From Dietzia sp. PP-33 (GTDB taxonomy: Bacteria; Actinomycetota; Actinomycetes; Mycobacteriales; Mycobacteriaceae): a stretch of 24,000 nt of DNA. Within the stretch, counting starts at the first letter, position 1. Each line of letters begins with the position of its first letter. A program made the translations under genes and the position numbers. The notes beneath the pieces were generated by a model. It was given only the letters and a program-made list of their open reading frames with translations, was not told the DNA's origin and did not search any database. The DNA lies in the NCBI RefSeq assembly GCF_033790845.1, contig NZ_JAMYEI010000008.1, forward strand, positions 39,044-63,043, given 5' to 3'. Of the stretch, positions 6,346 through 13,774 are shown in pieces.

Positions 6346-7754
6346 CTCGCCTCTCCCAGTACCACGTCGACAGTCGTCGGCTGTTCGCCCACACGAGCAG
6401 CATAGGTGACGGAGATCGTCTCCCCCGGCGCCTGGGATCGGATTGCGGCGACCAGGGCGTCGCCACCCTCGATCAGCCGGTCCCCGACCTTGGTGATGAC
6501 CGCGCCCTCCTCGATGCCCGCCTGCTCGGCGGGACCCCCCACCTCGGTGGAGCGCACTAGCGCTCCTTCGATGTCGGGCTGGTCGCTCACCGAGACCCCG
6601 AGGACCGCGCGGGTGGCGAAGCCCTGCTTGATCAGCTGGTCCGCGATGCGCCGGGCCTGGTCCACCGGGATCGCGAACCCCAGGCCGATCGATCCGGAGT
6701 TCCCCGAACCGAGCGAGGCGATGGCCGAGTTGATGCCGACCAGCTCCCCGTTCATGTTGACCAGTGCTCCGCCGGAGTTACCCGGGTTCACCGCGGCGTC
6801 GGTCTGAATGGCGTCGATCACAGTGTTCTGATCCGACTGCGCACCACCCGCCCGCACCGGGCGGTCGAGCGCGGACACGATGCCCGTCGTCACCGTCCCG
6901 GACAGTCCGAGCGGGGAGCCCACCGCTGCCACCGCCTGCCCCTCCTCGAGGTTCGCGGAGGTACCCAGGGCGATCGGGGTGAGCGGCCGGTCGGTGTCCG
7001 CCCGGATCACCGCGATGTCCGTGGCGGGGTCGGTGCCGATGACGGTCGCGGGAGCCCTGGACCCGTCGTTGAACCGCACCTCGATCTGGCCGCCGGCCGT
7101 CGCCATCGCGATCACGTGGCTGTTGGTGATGATCAGACCGTCCTGGGTCAACACCACCCCGGAACCCTCACCACGCCCGGTCTGCGCGCGGACGTCGATC
7201 GAGACCACACTCGGGAGGACCTTGTCCGCCACCGCCTCGACGGTGCCGTCCGGGGCCTGCCCCTCGGGCTGAGCGACGCTGAGCGGCGACGACAACCTCG
7301 GGCCGTCGCCCCCTCCGGCCACCGAGGCGCCGATCCACCCGCCCAGGCCTCCCGCGACGAGCATGGCCGCCACAAGGCCGGCGGCCAACAGGCCGCGGCC
7401 GGACTTCCTGGGCGCGGGGGCCCCGGGATCGCCGGCGCCGTATCCGGGTTGTGGGGGGTACGCCGTGGTCGGTTGCCCCGGCTCGCCCCAGCTCTGGTTC
7501 GGCTGCCCCGGTGCGCCCCAGCCCTGGCCGGGCTGGACGTGACCGTACTGGCCCGGTTGTCCGGGGTTCGGCTCCCCGGGGTTCGGTTGCCCGGGGGTTG
7601 GTTGTCCGGGGTTCGGTTGTCCGGCCCCATAGGGGTTCCCCCCCGCCGGCCGCTGACCGAACCCTCCCGGCCCCGCTCCCGCACCAGATGCCCATTCGTC
7701 TCCGGGCCCGGGACCACCCGTGCCCCGATCATTCTCGTTCTCCATACTCATCAT
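6342..7754 (-). CDS. pepD: HtrA/PepD-family trypsin-like serine protease with PDZ domain and a Pro/Gly/Gln-rich N-terminal region
   Basis: The catalytic serine motif is NPGNSGGALVN, the His region is ITNSHV, and a C-terminal PDZ domain is present (AVLGVSV...GDRLIEGGDAL). A TM helix is LLAAGLVAAMLVAGGLGGWIG. The SD GGAGAGGAA precedes ATG 7754. The gene lies downstream of mprB. Confidence 0.9.
   Translation of the reverse strand: MMSMENENDRGTGGPGPGDEWASGAGAGPGGFGQRPAGGNPYGAGQPNPGQPTPGQPNPGEPNPGQPGQYGHVQPGQGWGAPGQPNQSWGEPGQPTTAYPPQPGYGAGDPGAPAPRKSGRGLLAAGLVAAMLVAGGLGGWIGASVAGGGDGPRLSSPLSVAQPEGQAPDGTVEAVADKVLPSVVSIDVRAQTGRGEGSGVVLTQDGLIITNSHVIAMATAGGQIEVRFNDGSRAPATVIGTDPATDIAVIRADTDRPLTPIALGTSANLEEGQAVAAVGSPLGLSGTVTTGIVSALDRPVRAGGAQSDQNTVIDAIQTDAAVNPGNSGGALVNMNGELVGINSAIASLGSGNSGSIGLGFAIPVDQARRIADQLIKQGFATRAVLGVSVSDQPDIEGALVRSTEVGGPAEQAGIEEGAVITKVGDRLIEGGDALVAAIRSQAPGETISVTYAARVGEQPTTVDVVLGEAR
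7555..7629. repeat. Five tandem 15-bp units (GGTTGTCCGGGGTTC-like) encoding GQPNP-type pentapeptide repeats in the PepD N-terminus
   Basis: Direct reading gives ggttgtccggggttc ggctccccggggttc ggttgcccgggggtt ggttgtccggggttc ggttgtccggcccca. This corresponds to GQPNPGQPTPGQPNPGEPNPGQP on the minus strand. Confidence 0.85.
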
Positions 7755-7803
7755 GGTTCCTCTCCGCGCTGTGCGCCCGCTGAAACGGGCGGGCTCGTCC
7801 GGG

Positions 7804-9195
7804 TCAGTTCGGGGGGAGCTCGCTACCCGGGATCGTCATCCGCACCTCGGTGCCGCCGCCCCGGGCGTCGTGGATCTCCACGGTCCCACCGTGCCGGGTC
7901 ACCACCTGTCTGACGATCGCCAGCCCGAGCCCCGAACCCGGCATGGCTCGCGCCTCCCGCGACCGGTGGAAGCGCTCGAAGACCAACTGCCTGTCCTCCT
8001 CCGGGATACCCGGGCCCTGGTCGGCGACGGTCAACTCCACCACCGACTCCGACACCGGGTTCATACGGACGGTCACCGTGCCCCCGGTGGGACTCCACTT
8101 GGCGGCGTTGTCGCAGATGTTCAGTACGGCCCTCTCCATCCCCGCGGAGTCCCCGAACGAGTACCAGGGCACCAGATCGACGTCGAAGTGGATGTCGTGG
8201 CGCCGCCGTCGCACGCGCTCCAGTGCGCGGTCCACCGCCTCGGACACCGCGACCGGTTCGGGGTCGACCTCCCCCGAGTCCTCCCGCGCCAACTCGACCA
8301 GGTCCCCGACCAACTGGCTGAGCTCGGAGATCTGACCCATCACGTCGACCTCGAGCGCTCCCCTGTCGGCCGCCGGGATCGACGGTGCCCCGGGTCTGCT
8401 CGCGGCGATGAGCAACTCGACGTTGGTCCGCAGGCTGGTCAGGGGCGTCTTGAGCTCGTGCCCGGCGTCGGCCACGAGCCTCGACTGACGTTCCCTGCTC
8501 TCCCCCAGCGCGACTAGCATCTGGTTGAACCTGGCGGTGAGTCTGGCGATCTCGTCGTCTCCGGTCACGGGAATCGGGCGGAGATCGTCGGTCCGGGCGA
8601 TGCGCTCCACGGCCCTCGTCAACCGGGCGACCGGGGCGAGGCCGGTCCGCCCCACCGCCGTCCCGGCCACCGCCGCCAGCGCGATACCTGCGGCCCCCAC
8701 CAGGGTGAGGACGATCGCCAGGCGGTTCAGGGCCGCTCTGGTGGGGCTCAGGTCCTGGGCGAGGATGAGCGTGGACCCGTCGCGGACCCCCACCGCGTAG
8801 ATCTGCTTGCCGCCGGACGTCCGCAGACTCGACTCGGCCTCACCCCGCACCACCGCGACCTCGGGCCCGCCGATCTGGAACGGCTCGCCGGTGGCCGTCC
8901 GGACACCGGAGGGGGCGACGATCTGCGCGTCCAGGTTCGGATTGAAGGCCCGCAGGGCGATGAGCGTGCTGCGGGACTGGAGGGCGAACTCGGATGCGAG
9001 CTGACTGTTGACCAGTTGATCGGCCTGCTGCTGGAGGCGGTTGTTGACCTCGCTGTACATCGACCCGGACACGACGAAGTACGCCGCGACGGCCATCAGG
9101 GCCACCGCGACGCCTACCGAACTCGCCGCCAGCAGCGTGACCCGCTGGCGCAGCGAGATCGGTGTGGAGCCCCACCCCACCGTCCGGGTCGGCAC
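7804..9195 (-). CDS. mprB: Two-component sensor histidine kinase (MprB-like)
   Basis: 463 aa. It has two TM helices flanking a periplasmic loop, a HAMP domain, an H-box ADAGHELKTPLTSL, an N-box NAAKWSP and a G-box GSGLGLAIV. The GTG start (9195..9193) overlaps the mprA TAG by 1 nt (TAGTG). Confidence 0.85.
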   Translation of the reverse strand: MPTRTVGWGSTPISLRQRVTLLAASSVGVAVALMAVAAYFVVSGSMYSEVNNRLQQQADQLVNSQLASEFALQSRSTLIALRAFNPNLDAQIVAPSGVRTATGEPFQIGGPEVAVVRGEAESSLRTSGGKQIYAVGVRDGSTLILAQDLSPTRAALNRLAIVLTLVGAAGIALAAVAGTAVGRTGLAPVARLTRAVERIARTDDLRPIPVTGDDEIARLTARFNQMLVALGESRERQSRLVADAGHELKTPLTSLRTNVELLIAASRPGAPSIPAADRGALEVDVMGQISELSQLVGDLVELAREDSGEVDPEPVAVSEAVDRALERVRRRRHDIHFDVDLVPWYSFGDSAGMERAVLNICDNAAKWSPTGGTVTVRMNPVSESVVELTVADQGPGIPEEDRQLVFERFHRSREARAMPGSGLGLAIVRQVVTRHGGTVEIHDARGGGTEVRMTIPGSELPPN

Positions 9196-9878
9196 TACGG
9201 CGTCTCGCGCAACACGTATCCCACGCCACGGACGGTGTGGATCAGCCGGCTCTCCCCCTCGCCCTCGGTCTTACGGCGTAGGTACCCGATGTACACCTCC
9301 AGTGCGTTCCCGGAGGTCGGGAAGTCGTACCCCCACACCTCCTCGAGGATGTGGCTGCGGGTGAGGACACGACGGGGATGGTGCATCAGCAACTCGAGAA
9401 GGGAGAACTCGGTGCGGGTCAACTGGATCCGGCGCTCACCCCGGTGGACCTCACGCGTCGCCAGGTCCATCCGCAGGTCCTCGAACTCCAACACCTCGTC
9501 GGCGTCCTCGGACTCCGGACTCCGACGCCGCAGCAACGCTCGCAGCCGGGCCAGCAGCTCCTCCAACGCGAAGGGCTTGGGCAGGTAGTCGTCCGCACCC
9601 GCGTCCAGGCCCGCCACCCGCTCCGACACCGCGTCCCGGGCGGTCAGCATGAGCACAGGGAGGTCATCTCCCCGGCTACGCAGGATCCGGCACACCTCGA
9701 GGCCGTCCCGGCGGGGCATCATCACGTCGAGGATGACCGCGTCCGGGCGGTCCGCGTCGAGGCGTTCCACGGCCTCCACGCCGTCACCGGCGAGCTCCAC
9801 CGTGTAGCCGTTGAAGGTGAGTGAGCGGCGCAGTGATTCGCGCACGGCCTGGTCGTCGTCCACAACGAGGATCTTCAT
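9195..9878 (-). CDS. mprA: OmpR/PhoB-family response regulator (MprA-like)
   Basis: The receiver domain starts at MKILVVDDD (ATG 9878) and contains DVMMP and LMLTA. The winged-helix output has [12 protein letters not shown] and TVRGVGY. The track ORF start at 9944 is a spurious extension. Length 227 aa. Confidence 0.88.
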   Translation of the reverse strand: MKILVVDDDQAVRESLRRSLTFNGYTVELAGDGVEAVERLDADRPDAVILDVMMPRRDGLEVCRILRSRGDDLPVLMLTARDAVSERVAGLDAGADDYLPKPFALEELLARLRALLRRRSPESEDADEVLEFEDLRMDLATREVHRGERRIQLTRTEFSLLELLMHHPRRVLTRSHILEEVWGYDFPTSGNALEVYIGYLRRKTEGEGESRLIHTVRGVGYVLRETP

Positions 9879-9899
9879 GGGAGGAATTCTCTCCCACCC

Positions 9900-9918
9900 G
9901 GCTGAACCACGGCTGAGG
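9900..9918 (-). promoter_or_regulatory. Candidate response-regulator box: direct repeat CCTCAGCC-gtg-GTTCAGCC (8-3-8, 11-bp periodicity) upstream of mprA
   Basis: The minus-strand sequence is TTCCTCAGCCGTGGTTCAGCCgggtgggaGAGAATtcctcccATG. The repeats sit 22-40 nt before the ATG. A GAGAAT -10-like hexamer lies 7 nt before the ATG, which could mean a leaderless mRNA. I am interpreting geometry only. Confidence 0.3.
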
Positions 9919-9976
9919 AACGCCGGGACCGCCCGCCGGCGCACGTCGCCGACGCACCCGAACCCGGTCTACGCCG

Positions 9977-10013
9977 ACGAGCCCGGTGGGTCCGTGGGAC
10001 CCACCGGGCTCGT
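9977..10013 (-). terminator. Strong stem-loop downstream of rpmF (insulates rpmF from mprA)
   Basis: ACGAGCCCGGTGGGTCC-gtg-GGACCCACCGGGCTCGT forms a perfect 17-bp stem with a 3-nt loop, about 55 nt after the rpmF stop. Confidence 0.65.
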
Positions 10014-10067
10014 GACCGGGGCGTGTGCGAGCGGCGGTTCGGCGCCGCCGGGCTCAGTCGGCTCGGT

Positions 10068-10238
10068 TCAGCGGTCGAGGTCGACGAGGCCGAGCTTGGC
10101 GGCCTTGACCAGTCGACGCGGCAGCACCACGGGGCGACCGTCGATCTTCGTCTCCTGCAGGGCCGGGTTGTCGGCCTTCCACTGCGAGCGACGGGAATGG
10201 GTGTTGGCGCGCGAGAGGCGACGCTTCGGAACTGCCAT
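10068..10238 (-). CDS. rpmF: 50S ribosomal protein L32 (Cys-less form)
   Basis: [22 protein letters not shown] is the canonical L32 N-terminus. ATG 10238 has GAGGA upstream. Length 56 aa, with no Cys residues. Confidence 0.92.
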   Translation of the reverse strand: MAVPKRRLSRANTHSRRSQWKADNPALQETKIDGRPVVLPRRLVKAAKLGLVDLDR

Positions 10239-10274
10239 GACTATTACGTCCTCTTCGGTCTCGGGTGTGGGAGT

Positions 10275-10298
10275 GGACCGGCGGTGGACCGCCGGTCC
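10275..10298 (-). terminator. Intercistronic GC hairpin between rpmE2 and rpmF (attenuator or mRNA-stabilising element)
   Basis: GGACCGGCGG-tgga-CCGCCGGTCC forms a perfect 10-bp stem with a 4-nt loop. It lies 6 nt after the rpmE2 stop and 37 nt before the rpmF ATG. No U-tract. Confidence 0.5.
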
Positions 10299-10303
10299 GC
10301 GGC

Positions 10304-10564
10304 TCACTTGGTGCGGCGGGTGCGGTTGCCGTAACGGCGCTGGAACTTCTCGACACGGCCGGCCGTGTCCATGACGCGCTGCGCGCCGGTCCAGAACGGG
10401 TGCGACTCGCTGGTCACGTCCACGACGATGAGCGGGTAGGAGTTCCCGTCCTCCCACTCGACGGTGCGCTCACTCTTCGCGGTGGAGCGGGTGAGGAACT
10501 TGGTGCCCGTGCCCGAGTCCTGGAAGACCACCGGGTGGTAGTCGGGGTGGATGTCGTTCTTCAT
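10304..10564 (-). CDS. rpmE2: 50S ribosomal protein L31 type B (Cys-less paralogue)
   Basis: The sequence is [28 protein letters not shown]...HPFWTG, 86 aa, with no CxxC motif. ATG 10564 has AGAGGGA upstream. The 239-aa track ORF is an extension into the intergenic region. Confidence 0.92.
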   Translation of the reverse strand: MKNDIHPDYHPVVFQDSGTGTKFLTRSTAKSERTVEWEDGNSYPLIVVDVTSESHPFWTGAQRVMDTAGRVEKFQRRYGNRTRRTK

Positions 10565-10925
10565 ACTGGATCCCTCTAGCTCGGTAGAAGTCTTGGGTCT
10601 GGCGCCCGCTCCAGCCGGAACGGGCAGTTGCCAGTGGCCGAACCGGGGATTGCCGGTATCAGCACACGCATCGGTAGATCGTACCCGTAGGATGACCGGG
10701 TACCCAACTCGTGCGGCCGGTATGCGTGCCGCACCGGCGCTGACGTGCTGATTACCGTTTCCCGCGGCCGGGCCGTAAACTAGACCATCGCTGTTGTCTG
10801 CACGTTTGCTATCGCCTCTCACGGTGTCCGCGACGTGGTGATCCGCACCCGCTCGGCCGAGGCCGTCCGGATGCTCGTGACCATCACGCGCCATCGCACT
10901 CCGGAGGCGGAAGGAGAACCACGCC

Positions 10926-11162
10926 ATGTCGGCGCATTGCCAGGTAACGGGACGGAAGCCGGGTTTCGGCAAGTCCGTCTCGCACTCACACCGCAGGACC
11001 AACCGTCGCTGGAACCCGAACATCCAGCGCCGTAGTTACTTCGTGCCCTCCGAGGGTCGTCGCGTCACGCTGACGGTCTCCACCAAGGGCATCAAGACCA
11101 TCGACCGCGATGGCATCGAGGCCGTCGTGGCCCGCATCCGCGCCCGTGGGGAGAAGATCTGA
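10926..11162 (+). CDS. rpmB: 50S ribosomal protein L28 (form lacking the second Cys pair)
   Basis: The sequence begins [34 protein letters not shown]. Length 78 aa. The SD GGAAGGAGAA lies 9 nt upstream. Confidence 0.92.
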   Translation: MSAHCQVTGRKPGFGKSVSHSHRRTNRRWNPNIQRRSYFVPSEGRRVTLTVSTKGIKTIDRDGIEAVVARIRARGEKI

Positions 11163-11163
11163 G

Positions 11164-11328
11164 ATGGCACGTAACGACGTTCGACCCATCATCAAGCTCA
11201 AGTCCACGGCCGGGACCGGGTTCACCTACGTGACCCGTAAGAACCGCCGTAACAACCCGGACCGCATCGTCCTCAAGAAGTTCGACCCGGTCGTCCGCAA
11301 GCACGTCGAATTCCGAGAGGAGCGCTGA
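11164..11328 (+). CDS. rpmG: 50S ribosomal protein L33 (Cys-less form)
   Basis: The sequence begins [34 protein letters not shown]. Length 54 aa. It starts 1 nt after the rpmB stop. No CxxC motifs. Confidence 0.92.
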   Translation: MARNDVRPIIKLKSTAGTGFTYVTRKNRRNNPDRIVLKKFDPVVRKHVEFREER

Positions 11329-11331
11329 CCC

Positions 11332-11637
11332 GTGGCCAAGAAGTCAAAGATCGCGCGTAACGAGCAGCGCAAGGCCAAGGTGGCCAGGTTCGCCGAGCGG
11401 CGCGCCGAGCTCAAGGCGACCATCAAGAACCCCGAGAGCACGGACGAGGCGCGCATGGACGCCCAGACCGCGCTCAACAAGATGCCGCGTGACGCCTCGC
11501 CCGTGCGGGTGCGTAACCGCGACGTCGCCGACGGCCGCCCGCGCGGCTACCTCCGCAAGTTCGGTCTCTCCCGCGTCCGGATGCGCGAGATGGCCCACCG
11601 TGGCGAGCTGCCCGGTGTCACGAAGTCGAGTTGGTGA
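11332..11637 (+). CDS. rpsN: 30S ribosomal protein S14 (long, zinc-independent 101-aa form)
   Basis: The sequence runs [17 protein letters not shown]...[21 protein letters not shown]. The GTG start lies 3 nt after the rpmG stop. This is the long C- type rather than the 61-aa Zn-ribbon type. Confidence 0.92.
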   Translation: MAKKSKIARNEQRKAKVARFAERRAELKATIKNPESTDEARMDAQTALNKMPRDASPVRVRNRDVADGRPRGYLRKFGLSRVRMREMAHRGELPGVTKSSW

Positions 11638-11647
11638 GTAGGTAATC

Positions 11648-11905
11648 ATGGCTAAAGCGCGTAGTACCCCGTCCAAGAAGATCCGTGCCCAGGAGGGCCG
11701 TCGGCCGAAGAAGAACCCGTTGAAGGTCGCGGGTATCGAGACGGTCGACTACAAGGACGTCAACACCCTCCGCACGTTCATCTCCGATCGTGGCAAGATC
11801 CGTTCACGTCGCGTGACCGGCCTGACGCCGCAGCAGCAGCGTCAGGTCGCCGTCGCGGTCAAGAACGCTCGAGAGATGGCGTTGCTGCCGTTCACCAGCC
11901 GCTGA
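11648..11905 (+). CDS. rpsR: 30S ribosomal protein S18
   Basis: The S18 core is [49 protein letters not shown]. Length 85 aa. Confidence 0.92.
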   Translation: MAKARSTPSKKIRAQEGRRPKKNPLKVAGIETVDYKDVNTLRTFISDRGKIRSRRVTGLTPQQQRQVAVAVKNAREMALLPFTSR

Positions 11906-11980
11906 GCTACTGCTCGGCGCGGGTGAACCGCACCGCACGTCCCGCCTGCGGCACCTAGCCGCCGACCGGACAACAGCAAC

Positions 11981-12029
11981 CCGATCGGGGTCGTGCCTCC
12001 TGCTCGCAGGAGCGCACGGCCCCGATCGG
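11981..12029 (+). terminator. Long stem-loop terminator after rpsR
   Basis: CCGATCGGGGTCGTGCCTCCTG-ctcg-CAGGAGCGCACGGCCCCGATCGG forms a stem of about 22 bp with one bulge and one G-U pair. It starts 76 nt after the rpsR stop. Confidence 0.7.
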
Positions 12030-12082
12030 CGTTACCGCTCCCCCTCCCGTAAACCCCCTCCCCCAACCACAGGAGTCCGCCA

Positions 12083-13024
12083 GTGGCCGGCGTCCTCAAC
12101 GGCTTCGCCGTGATCGTCGCGGTGGTCGCACTGGGCTGGCTGCTCGCCCGTAGCCGCGTTCTCGGCACCGACGCGCACCTGGTGCTCAACCGGCTCGTGT
12201 TCTTCGTCGCCACCCCGGCACTGCTCTTCGACGCCCTGGCACGCACCACGCTCGACCAGGTCTTCACCGGCGTCTTCGTGGTCTCCGCCGTCACGGCGGT
12301 CGTCATGGCGGTGGTCTACGTACTCATCGCGAGAGTGTGGTTCCGCCGGCGGGCTGCCGACCTCGCGGTCGGCGCCCTGGCCGCCAGCTACGTCAACTCC
12401 GCGAACCTCGGCATCCCCATCGCCGTCTACGTCCTGGGGGACTTCGGCTTCGTCATGCCCCTCCTGCTCTTCCAGGTGGCCGTCCTGCAGCCGATCGCCA
12501 TCGCCGTCCTCGAGCGCGCCGCCCGTGCCGAGGGCGCGACCGCAGGAAGCGGTGGCGCGATCGCCTCGGCGCTCCAGGCCGCCCGGACCCCCCTCGTCGT
12601 GGCGGCGCTCGCCGGCGTGGTGGTGGCCGCCCTGCCGTGGTCGCCTCCCGAGCGCCTCCTGGAACCCGTCCATCTGGTCGGTCAGATCTCGGTTCCCGGT
12701 GCGCTGCTGGTGTTCGGCATGTCCCTCTACGGGGTCAAGGTGCTCGAGGCGGGAGCGTCCCCGCGCAGGGAGATCGCCCTCGCCAGCGGGCTGAAACTCG
12801 TCGCGCACCCGCTGCTCGCCTACGCCGTCGGCGCCGGGCTCATGGGGATGCGAGGCCACGAGCTGCTCACCGTGGTGGTGGCCGCGGCCCTGCCCACCGC
12901 CCAGAACGTCCTCGTGGTGGCCACCCGCTACGGCCACGGGGTGCTGCTCGCGCGCGACTCGGCGGTTCTCACCACGCTCGGTGCCCTCCCGGTCCTTCTG
13001 CTTGTGTCAGCCCTGCTGGCCTGA
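12083..13024 (+). CDS. AEC (auxin efflux carrier) family membrane transporter
   Basis: 313 aa and highly hydrophobic, with about 10 TM segments. The N-terminus LNGFAVIVAVVALGWLLAR is typical of the family. The GTG start has AGGAG 7 nt upstream. Confidence 0.85.
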   Translation: MAGVLNGFAVIVAVVALGWLLARSRVLGTDAHLVLNRLVFFVATPALLFDALARTTLDQVFTGVFVVSAVTAVVMAVVYVLIARVWFRRRAADLAVGALAASYVNSANLGIPIAVYVLGDFGFVMPLLLFQVAVLQPIAIAVLERAARAEGATAGSGGAIASALQAARTPLVVAALAGVVVAALPWSPPERLLEPVHLVGQISVPGALLVFGMSLYGVKVLEAGASPRREIALASGLKLVAHPLLAYAVGAGLMGMRGHELLTVVVAAALPTAQNVLVVATRYGHGVLLARDSAVLTTLGALPVLLLVSALLA

Positions 13025-13025
13025 C

Positions 13026-13667
13026 TCAGGCCGCCCCCGTCGCGACGACTGCGCCGAACACCACCGCGTTGTTGACCCCGTGGAGCACGATCCCGGGGAC
13101 GATCGACCGGTACCACTGCGCCATCGCGCACAGCGAGACACCCACCACCAGCAGATAGGGCAGGGCGGGCGGGATGAGGTGCACGACGGCGAAGACGGAA
13201 CCCGCCAGGGCGATCCCCGGCACGGCCGTCATCCTCGCGCGCAGCGCGGGCAGGACGATCCCCCGGAAGACCACCTCCTCGGCCACGGGCACGAGCACCG
13301 CGACGGCGAGCAGCCCGAGGAGCACGAACGCCGGCCCGCCGGTGGCGAGGTCGTCGAGCGCGTCGTCGGAGCCCTCCGGGCCGGTTCCCAGGGGCACGAG
13401 CACGACCATGGAGACCACGGCCCCCGCGACCATCACCGCGGGAATCTGCCACAACAGGTGCCACGGGGACCGGTCCGGTCGTCGCAGCCCCACGTCTGCC
13501 CACTCCAGCCCGCGTCGTCGGAGCAGATGGACCCGCACGGCGACCAGGGCCGCGACCGCCGTGCCGCCGAGCACCACCAGGGCGAGGAGCGCGGTGTCGG
13601 GGCGTCCGGTGCCAGCCGCCCGTGCCGCGAGGAGTCCCAGGAGGACGACGACGACGAGACCCGCCAC
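13026..13667 (-). CDS. CPBP (CAAX/Abi) family intramembrane glutamic endopeptidase
   Basis: The three CPBP motifs are present: EEVVFRG (EExxxR), FAVVHL (FxxxH) and LHGVNN (HxxxN). It is a multi-TM protein. The start is uncertain, because GTG 13667 lacks an SD and the hydrophobic frame continues upstream without a canonical start. Confidence 0.8.
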   Translation of the reverse strand: MAGLVVVVLLGLLAARAAGTGRPDTALLALVVLGGTAVAALVAVRVHLLRRRGLEWADVGLRRPDRSPWHLLWQIPAVMVAGAVVSMVVLVPLGTGPEGSDDALDDLATGGPAFVLLGLLAVAVLVPVAEEVVFRGIVLPALRARMTAVPGIALAGSVFAVVHLIPPALPYLLVVGVSLCAMAQWYRSIVPGIVLHGVNNAVVFGAVVATGAA

Positions 13668-13774
13668 GTACAGGGCGACCCAGGCGAGAGCCGAGAGCGC
13701 CGCCCGACCCCGGACCGGTGTGGTCCAGAGTCCGACGGCGCCGCCGGCCGGTGACGTGATGACCCCGGTCCCGT

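Noticed and set aside
5600-6409. Plus-strand ORFs 5600..6409 and 5673..6005 that contain repeat peptides (NPSRVDPGRV / SIRAVSIRAV) from the 15-bp array.
   Set aside because: Both continue antisense through the whole moaB gene. The GC3 I counted in the intergenic part is lower than for the minus-strand frame (about 67% and 75% versus 83%).
10565-10925. An expected Zur (zinc uptake regulator) operator in front of the C- ribosomal protein genes.
   Set aside because: I could not find an AT-rich TGAAAA...TTTTCA-type palindrome. The best candidate (10747..10764) matches only a few positions, so no Zur site is called. A PWM scan is needed to be sure.
13018-13032. The palindrome GGCCTGA-C-TCAGGCC, formed by the two convergent stop codons of the AEC transporter and the CPBP protease, as a possible bidirectional terminator.
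   Set aside because: With a 1-nt centre, only a 5-bp stem could form. It is probably a coincidence of two TGA stops in GC-rich context, and no flanking U/A tracts are present.
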